This document shows, piece by piece, positions 58,370 to 64,000 of a stretch of DNA of 64,000 nucleotides. Below the pieces are notes generated by a model. It made no database searches. It was not told the origin of the DNA and saw only the letters and a program-made list of their open reading frames with translations. Numbering within the stretch: position 1 is the stretch's first letter; each line of letters opens with the position of its first letter. The position numbers were made by a program, and so were the translations under genes. The stretch is from NCBI RefSeq assembly GCF_013167455.1, contig NZ_CP038330.1, one strand, 5' to 3'. Origin of the DNA: Escherichia coli O157:H7. Lineage in GTDB: Bacteria; Pseudomonadota; Gammaproteobacteria; Enterobacterales; Enterobacteriaceae.

Positions 58370-58939
58370 GCCCTTACGGAACAAGGCGTTTATTGACAAA
58401 GCATTACATAGTTGAACATGTCAAACAAATCGCATACACTATGGAATAGGCCATTGCTAACGCTTTGGTCCCCATCTGCAACACCGCAGAGTTCTCTTTC
58501 TCAAATATCTCTTTCTGTAAACACCATCATCCTTGTGTGGTCGGGATGCGCCTTTGCCTTCCCTGCCCTCCTCAGCTCCTGCTGTATTCGCAATTTCAGC
58601 CCTCGCTGTATCCCTAAAATCACTTATACCTAAACGCTATTTAATATCACAAAATACCGCACTCCCCGTGCGCTATTTCCGCCATTCTTTTGGCGCACTT
58701 TCCATTACTATCGCAAAAATATCCGTATCCCATTGATTACTAAAAGTATTGTAACTTTGTTCCGTCGGTACAAAGTTAAGTGTATGTTTTTAAAGGTTTT
58801 TTATTGTTGACAGCATCATTATTTGGGCTTGTAAAGGCGCAAAATGTGTCAGTTTGTGACAATAGAAGAACTCTAAAAGCGTTCATCGAATAACGCACTT
58901 TTTGTATGGCTAACAACGCAGTTTAAAGGGTGGCAAACA

Positions 58940-59212
58940 ATGGATAAATGCCAATTGATAGACATCCCAAGCGACCCAGAGAAGAAACGTGAGTGGATCA
59001 AGTACAAACTCAAGATCCAGGGGCTTTCTCTGGCCGCATTGGGCAGAAAACACAAAACATCTCGGCAGGTGGTGTCTACGGCACTCTATAAGCCCAGTCC
59101 ACGCTGGGAACATGAGATAGCTACAGCTTTGGGTGTGAAGCCGTCTGAGATTTGGCCGGAGCGGTACGACGAAGAACACGAAATACCCCTCAGACATAAG
59201 GAGGCAAGCTGA
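58940..59212 (+). CDS. Ner/Nlp-family HTH DNA-binding protein (possible Acr1-type repressor)
   Basis: 90 aa; SLAALGRKHKTSRQVVSTALYKPSPRWEHEIATALGVKPSEIWPERY matches the Ner family pattern. Confidence 0.6.
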   Translation: MDKCQLIDIPSDPEKKREWIKYKLKIQGLSLAALGRKHKTSRQVVSTALYKPSPRWEHEIATALGVKPSEIWPERYDEEHEIPLRHKEAS

Positions 59213-59745
59213 TGAAGAACAAAGCCAAGGCGCTAGTTCTGTCTGCGGCTCTCCTTTCATCAACAGCGAATGCTATTGACCTGAGCGGAACCATCTTCGA
59301 CAAAGCAGCGAAAGCATATAACCTCGACCCTCTTCTAGTGTATTCGGTCGCATTGGCCGAATCTGCATCAGGGAGAGGTAATGGCTCTATAAGTCCTTGG
59401 CCTTGGACGCTTCGCGTTCCTGGGCTTCCTTTCTATGCTAAGTCGGAAGATCAGGCAAAGGCTAAGCTCGCTGAGTTTCAGCAGCAGTACGGTCGTGCCA
59501 TTGATGTCGGGTTTATGCAAGTGAGCATCCGGTGGAATGGTCATAGAGTTTCTTCTCCAGCAGATCTTCTCGACCCAGAGACCAACGTCATGGTTGGGGC
59601 AGAGGTGCTATCAGAAGCCATTCAGTCATCTCCAAATGACTTGGAGCTTGGCGTTGGCCGCTATCACGCCTGGGAAGACGAAATCCGAGCCAGAAACTAT
59701 GGTAGCCGAGTCTTGGCTATCTATCGCAACCTTCGTGATTTGTGA
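59212..59745 (+). CDS. lytic transglycosylase (SLT-domain) with signal peptide
   Basis: Signal peptide MKNKAKALVLSAALLSSTANA; SLT motifs (LLVYSVALAESASG, GFMQVS, RYHA). Confidence 0.65.
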   Translation: MKNKAKALVLSAALLSSTANAIDLSGTIFDKAAKAYNLDPLLVYSVALAESASGRGNGSISPWPWTLRVPGLPFYAKSEDQAKAKLAEFQQQYGRAIDVGFMQVSIRWNGHRVSSPADLLDPETNVMVGAEVLSEAIQSSPNDLELGVGRYHAWEDEIRARNYGSRVLAIYRNLRDL

Positions 59746-59755
59746 GGGGGGCGGA

Positions 59756-60364
59756 ATGTTGGAACTGGATATTATTGGTGCGTGGGATGCAAGAGCCGTC
59801 AACCTCGATCAAGAAGAAGCTGATAGAAACGTCTACGAGTTCGATCTGACATTGTGGAACCTGCTATCCACTCTGGCAAAAGAACGTCCAGATGATGCGG
59901 CCTCACAATTTTCTTTGGGCATGGACACCGTTCAAAAGCTGTCACTGGCAACACCTTCCCAATTGGAAGCTCTGGCCTCTGGCGTGTTGATCTCTTTCAA
60001 ACTCGAAACAGCAGAGCAGAACATCATCACGCGACTCTCTGGCGACTACGACCCTGTAGTTTTTATCAACCATAGTGTTGATGAATTTGATGCTGCCTAC
60101 TGGTTGCTATTTAACCGCGTCGCATCGAGAGACCCGGAGATGGCAAAGGAAGTTTTCGGGGTTTCGAGAGAGCTTGCGGAGCTGGTGGCTAAGGCAACAG
60201 ACAGCCAGTTGCGCCACATGTCTGGAACAACGGTTACGCATTTTACGCTTCGTTTTGCTCCGAGCATCATTGAAGAAATTCTCGATGACAGCCGGGAAGA
60301 GTTAACACACCCGGTATTGAAAAAACTGCAACAGTCTCTACAGGGACGTGGGAGGTGGAGATGA
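59756..60364 (+). CDS. FlhD-like subunit of a master transfer activator (AcaD/SetD-like)
   Basis: ATG at 59756 with GAGGGGGG RBS; ~202 aa; stop overlaps the start of the FlhC-like gene. Confidence 0.5.
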   Translation: MLELDIIGAWDARAVNLDQEEADRNVYEFDLTLWNLLSTLAKERPDDAASQFSLGMDTVQKLSLATPSQLEALASGVLISFKLETAEQNIITRLSGDYDPVVFINHSVDEFDAAYWLLFNRVASRDPEMAKEVFGVSRELAELVAKATDSQLRHMSGTTVTHFTLRFAPSIIEEILDDSREELTHPVLKKLQQSLQGRGRWR

Positions 60365-60912
60365 ACATTGGCAACTCTGGTACATTGGGTCGCTGGGTTA
60401 CAGCTCGACACATGGCCCTTGCTGGGTACATCACAAAAATCATCATGATCGAGACTGGTCTGACCTACAAACAGGTCAGACGGCTTTACCAGGATCTGGA
60501 GAGGGACGGATATACTCTGGAACGAAAATCCAGAACTTTCCGGGGTGGTGCGACACTGATTCATAGTCACACATCCAAGATACAGGCCTCTCTTCTAATG
60601 CAGCTCTACTTCAACATTGGTGGAGAAGCCGTGTTGCGGTCTGTGAACATCAAAGCCTTGAACAAGGCATTTAGAATGTATCACGCAATCCGCAAAGAAG
60701 TGCCCGGAATGAAAGGTGCTCGGTGGGCTCCGTTTGATATTACTGATGCCTGGTGTCTTGCTTCGGAGCTGAGAAGTGGGGACGCAATGCTGGAGGTGTG
60801 CGACAACTGCAAGTGTACGTACTTCACCTCTGTTAATCAAAGAACCTGCGTTGAATGTCCGTTCTGCAAAGAACAAGGAAGGCATGGTGGTGGGGAGAAA
60901 GAGTGTGCTTGA
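60361..60912 (+). CDS. FlhC-like subunit of a master transfer activator (AcaC/SetC-like)
   Basis: ATG at 60361 with GGAGG RBS; C-terminal zinc-binding cysteines CDNCKC...CVECPFC as in FlhC. Confidence 0.6.
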   Translation: MNIGNSGTLGRWVTARHMALAGYITKIIMIETGLTYKQVRRLYQDLERDGYTLERKSRTFRGGATLIHSHTSKIQASLLMQLYFNIGGEAVLRSVNIKALNKAFRMYHAIRKEVPGMKGARWAPFDITDAWCLASELRSGDAMLEVCDNCKCTYFTSVNQRTCVECPFCKEQGRHGGGEKECA

Positions 60913-60971
60913 GTAGACTATGACATTTCGGACCAGAAGATGAGCGCCCAAACTTTGCGGCGCTCATTTTT

Positions 60972-61391
60972 TTACTTCTTCTGTGGGATACGGTAGCGCT
61001 CCAGCTCGACAGCTCCCAACCCCTTGAAAGCATCCGGGCGACGTCCTTGCCCACTCCACGAAACTCCGTCTTTTGAATATTTAGCATTATCAGGTTCTGA
61101 TCTGCTCGTGAACATTTCGTTGAGCAAGCCGATGTCCACACCGCAGGATTCCATGTCGCTCATTATTCGCTCAGCCTGAGCTCGCTTTTCTTTTTCTTCT
61201 TCTTCTCGCTTTTTGTACTCTTCCTCCAGTTCATTGAGAACGCCCTTCATTCTGTCAATGATCTCCCGAACTTCATCTAACGGGAGTCCTCGCAACAGGG
61301 TGCGAATGCGGCTTTTACGCTTTAACTCTGCGATTATTAACTCTCTACGTTCAGCCGCTGATAGCGTAGAGAACTCCTCGTGGTCTTTCAT
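60972..61391 (-). CDS. H-NS family nucleoid-associated protein
   Basis: 139 aa; N-terminal coiled coil, C-terminal DGVSWSGQGRRPDAF DNA-binding motif. Confidence 0.8.
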   Translation of the reverse strand: MKDHEEFSTLSAAERRELIIAELKRKSRIRTLLRGLPLDEVREIIDRMKGVLNELEEEYKKREEEEKEKRAQAERIMSDMESCGVDIGLLNEMFTSRSEPDNAKYSKDGVSWSGQGRRPDAFKGLGAVELERYRIPQKK

Positions 61392-61392
61392 G

Positions 61393-61686
61393 TCATACGG
61401 AGCCCATCAGTTTTCCTTTAAGTGAATCACGTTGAGAGTTCAGTTTTGCGTCAGTCTGCACTGGCGAATTTTGATGCTGTGCAGGTTGACTCTCTGAACT
61501 CTGTTGCTCAAAAGACCCAATGTTGCCAGAAAATCGAAGAGAATAAAGACCCAATAGAGCAAGGGCGCGGAGCCGATCACTACGCGCCTTATGCTGCATC
61601 TGGGACAGTTCACGATAGAGCTCCGGAAAGGCTTGCTCCGATATGTTCAGATTAGATATTTTTCCATCCCATTTGCTACCAGCCAC
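61393..61686 (-). CDS. putative ParR-like adaptor of the ParM-type partition module
   Basis: 97-aa ORF immediately downstream of the parM-like gene; assignment by position only. Confidence 0.35.
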   Translation of the reverse strand: MAGSKWDGKISNLNISEQAFPELYRELSQMQHKARSDRLRALALLGLYSLRFSGNIGSFEQQSSESQPAQHQNSPVQTDAKLNSQRDSLKGKLMGSV

Positions 61687-61702
61687 AACGACCTCCTATC
61701 TA

Positions 61703-62686
61703 TCAGCCGCAGAACCAGAAGCCCCTGGCATTGGATGCCACGGATTCGTTGGGCAGTACGATCCTGCTCTTAGGGAAAAGCTCCTTGGCCGCATCTTGGT
61801 AAGCCTCGGCACCGCCGCCAGCCAGCAGAACTACGTCAGCATCCATCCCGTCCTCACGCATTGACTTCCGCATAGGGATCAAGGCGTTTTGAGCGACTTT
61901 GGTTGAGGCTTTCTTGAAGTAGTCTTTGATCGATACCTTTTCACCGTAGAGGAAGATTTCGGCCTTACCGGCACGAATAGCTTTCTCGATCTTTTCGATG
62001 CCAGGGGCACCGCCGTGGTCTTCCTGAATTAGCCGGTCCGTTTCCTGTAGCAACACCGACATCGCCTTGAGGCTGGTGCCAGATGAGTGATAGCGGACCT
62101 CTCCCTCTTCAAGAGCTACCCAGTCTACAGAAAAGAACCCAGGGTCAATTACAACGGTTTTTCCTCCCTGGATAATCTCCAGGAGGTCTTCATCTTTGGT
62201 TGAACTTACAACATCCATGTAAGCACCGGCAGGTTGAGGTACAACCACGACAGACTTAACCGCTACCGATCGTTTTGGCGTGATCTGGTGTTCACCCTCA
62301 AGCCGAGATTTCAACGCCTCTCTGCGCTCTACGTCCATGTACTGACTAACAGGCAGGCCAGTCACCAGCACATCGATCTCCTTCTGCTCGGACATCAGGA
62401 GTGCAGCGTAGAAAAGAGCCTTGTATGGATTGGTCGAAGGATAGTCACCGTGAAGCTCACGCTCCCATCCTTGCAATCGGTCAGGCTCGACGCCTGCAAC
62501 CCATTTCTCTCCATCAATCACAACCTGAATGCAGGTCCCTGCACCGCCAGTTAACTGTTGTGGCATCAGTTCCAATGGACCTGCCCCCACCGGCATGACG
62601 ACTGTGCGAGCTTCCTCACCTTTATACCCCATTGCCATTTTCAGGTTGGAGTAACCAATATCCAAACCCAGAACAAATTGACTCAT
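61703..62686 (-). CDS. ParM/StbA-like actin-type partition ATPase
   Basis: Start MSQFVLGLDIGYSNLK with GGAGGA RBS; actin/Hsp70-fold phosphate-1 motif; VLLAGGGA adenosine motif. Confidence 0.75.
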   Translation of the reverse strand: MSQFVLGLDIGYSNLKMAMGYKGEEARTVVMPVGAGPLELMPQQLTGGAGTCIQVVIDGEKWVAGVEPDRLQGWERELHGDYPSTNPYKALFYAALLMSEQKEIDVLVTGLPVSQYMDVERREALKSRLEGEHQITPKRSVAVKSVVVVPQPAGAYMDVVSSTKDEDLLEIIQGGKTVVIDPGFFSVDWVALEEGEVRYHSSGTSLKAMSVLLQETDRLIQEDHGGAPGIEKIEKAIRAGKAEIFLYGEKVSIKDYFKKASTKVAQNALIPMRKSMREDGMDADVVLLAGGGAEAYQDAAKELFPKSRIVLPNESVASNARGFWFCG

Positions 62687-62696
62687 GAAATCCTCC

Positions 62697-63175
62697 AAAG
62701 ATTGCTTTTAGATTGCTTTTCGATTGCTTGCCGCGTGTTGGATAGAGAATAAGGCTAAAAGCGGGGACAGATGGCCTGTGTAATTGCCCAAAAGGGGCAT
62801 ATAGGTTGCTTTTCGGTGGCTTTTTGATCGTTGAGTAAGGGAACCTATGGGAACGCTGCACGGATAGGCTCAGATAAACAGACCTTACCCTCGCATCGAG
62901 AACCGCTTGCCCTCCAGCATCGAGAGACGGTGGTAAAGAGGCATTTGGAATCTTTGATGCCATATCCAATATATCTGGAATCTTTAAATATAGATTCATA
63001 TGTAAAGAGGCTGTGAAAGAATAAGAGCATCAAGATTCCAGATAGATAGAGGGAAATTTGACAAATTCCAAAGATGGGTTAGCCTAGTGACAGAACTAGA
63101 TTCCAGTATTGGAATAATCAGCTTTAAATTCCAGATAGATAGTTATGTGGATAGGAATTGGATAGGAATTGGGAG
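62697..63175. repeat. centromere-like repeat region upstream of the parM-like gene
   Basis: 3x GATTGCTTTT (62697-62730), 2x GGAATCTTT, 2x ATTCCAGATAGATAG, 2x GGATAGGAATT (63150-63171). Confidence 0.5.
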
Positions 63176-63724
63176 GGTATTGAGGTGAGTCTACCAACAG
63201 AGCGATGGCTAGATCTGCTAGATCCGAAGCTCGAAGAAGAACGATCCGAGATAACAGAGGATCTGCTAGAGGCAGAGGGACGAGAGTTTGTTGCAGAGGT
63301 ACGGAGCAAACTGGATCACGCCTTAGCGGTTCTTGCTGTCGAGGCGCAGCAGGAAGCGGACATGTACTGGAACGCGCACAAATCAGCGCGTGAAGAAGCG
63401 TCAGAGGACGAACAAGGGCGTGTCGGTACACGGGTTCGCATTCTAGGCGTATCACTCGTTGCAGAGTGGTATCGCAACAGATTTGTCGAACAAGTTCCCG
63501 GACAAAAGAAAAGGGTTCTATCGACACATATCAAGAAGGGTCGCGGTCATGCCTACAGCATGTCGCACTTCAAGAAAGAGCCTGTCTGGGCACAAGAGTT
63601 GATCCAGCAAGTTGAAACCAGGTATGCCGTGTTAAGACAACGCGCCACTGCCTTAGCAAAAATTCGCCGGGCGCTAAACGAGTACGAGCGCCAGCTAAAC
63701 AAGACACATAGCGACGAGGTGTGA
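63158..63724 (+). CDS. hypothetical protein (start uncertain)
   Basis: 188-aa ORF whose 5' end overlaps the repeat region; acidic/coiled-coil-like. Confidence 0.4.
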   Translation: MDRNWEGIEVSLPTERWLDLLDPKLEEERSEITEDLLEAEGREFVAEVRSKLDHALAVLAVEAQQEADMYWNAHKSAREEASEDEQGRVGTRVRILGVSLVAEWYRNRFVEQVPGQKKRVLSTHIKKGRGHAYSMSHFKKEPVWAQELIQQVETRYAVLRQRATALAKIRRALNEYERQLNKTHSDEV

Positions 63725-63728
63725 CAAC

Positions 63729-64000
63729 ATGACAGCATCTGTAGCGGCCACTGAATTGGCGAAACTGGGGAAATGTGAAGCGATGATCAAGAAAGTCGCC
63801 AGCCATCCTCGCCCTGCCCTGTCAAAGCGCCCACAATCGCCACAGGGGACAGATAGCACCCTTCGGGGTGAGTTCGCTCATTTCCGATATGAAGCGGCAG
63901 CCCTGCGTTTTATGAGCGGCACTGCGGGGGCTAAGCGTCGCATCTACCAGCTAGTGTTTTCAGCGACGGTAGCAGCGGGAGCATTGACAATGCTGGCGGC
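63729..64000 (+). CDS. hypothetical protein, partial; continues beyond window end
   Basis: ATG at 63729 (MTASVAATELAKLGKCEAMIKK...), open to the window end. Confidence 0.35.
   Translation, partial: MTASVAATELAKLGKCEAMIKKVASHPRPALSKRPQSPQGTDSTLRGEFAHFRYEAAALRFMSGTAGAKRRIYQLVFSATVAAGALTMLA

Noticed and set aside
59537-59755. Track start of the FlhD-like gene at 59537
   Set aside because: That would overlap the lytic transglycosylase gene by ~200 bp in another frame; the ATG at 59756 has a strong RBS and follows the upstream stop.

Overview
This window reads as a segment of a large conjugative multidrug-resistance plasmid with an IncC (IncA/C)-like or SXT/R391-related backbone; that family assignment is from recollection of gene content, not a database search. 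Backbone, left to right: 5' end of a relaxase-like gene (minus strand, runs off the window), a lipoprotein gene, topoisomerase III (topB), an 11-gene minus-strand operon of mostly unknown proteins including a divergent C5-methyltransferase-like gene, then an HTH gene with parB and parA. A composite resistance island of about 20.7 kb follows (14040-34709): sul2-strA-strB, tetR-tet(A), a truncated ISCR2 copy, lysR fragment, floR, virD2 fragment, complete ISCR2, a serine recombinase with iteron-like repeats, three head-to-tail IS26 copies, a mer operon (urf2-merEDBAPT/merR), and a Tn21-family terminal repeat interrupted by an IS4321/IS5075-like element. Backbone then resumes: an Rhs toxin with immunity gene, a phosphatase-integrase-exonuclease operon, kfrA, a helicase, traF, traH (split by an IS3-family element), traG, a Ner-like gene, lytic transglycosylase, an FlhD/FlhC-like activator pair, H-NS-like gene and a ParM/ParR-like partition module. 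The most interesting signals are (1) the IS26 array, in which copies 2 and 3 are identical 767-bp truncated units carrying a G184N transposase; (2) a perfect 16-bp palindrome present five times, overlapping the parA promoter; (3) a recurring CC-W5-GGGC box 60-105 bp upstream of four operons; and (4) several compact gene modules of unknown function. No rRNA, tRNA or CRISPR array was seen. All calls are from manual reading of the sequence and ORF track; coordinates of non-ORF features may be off by 1-2 bp.
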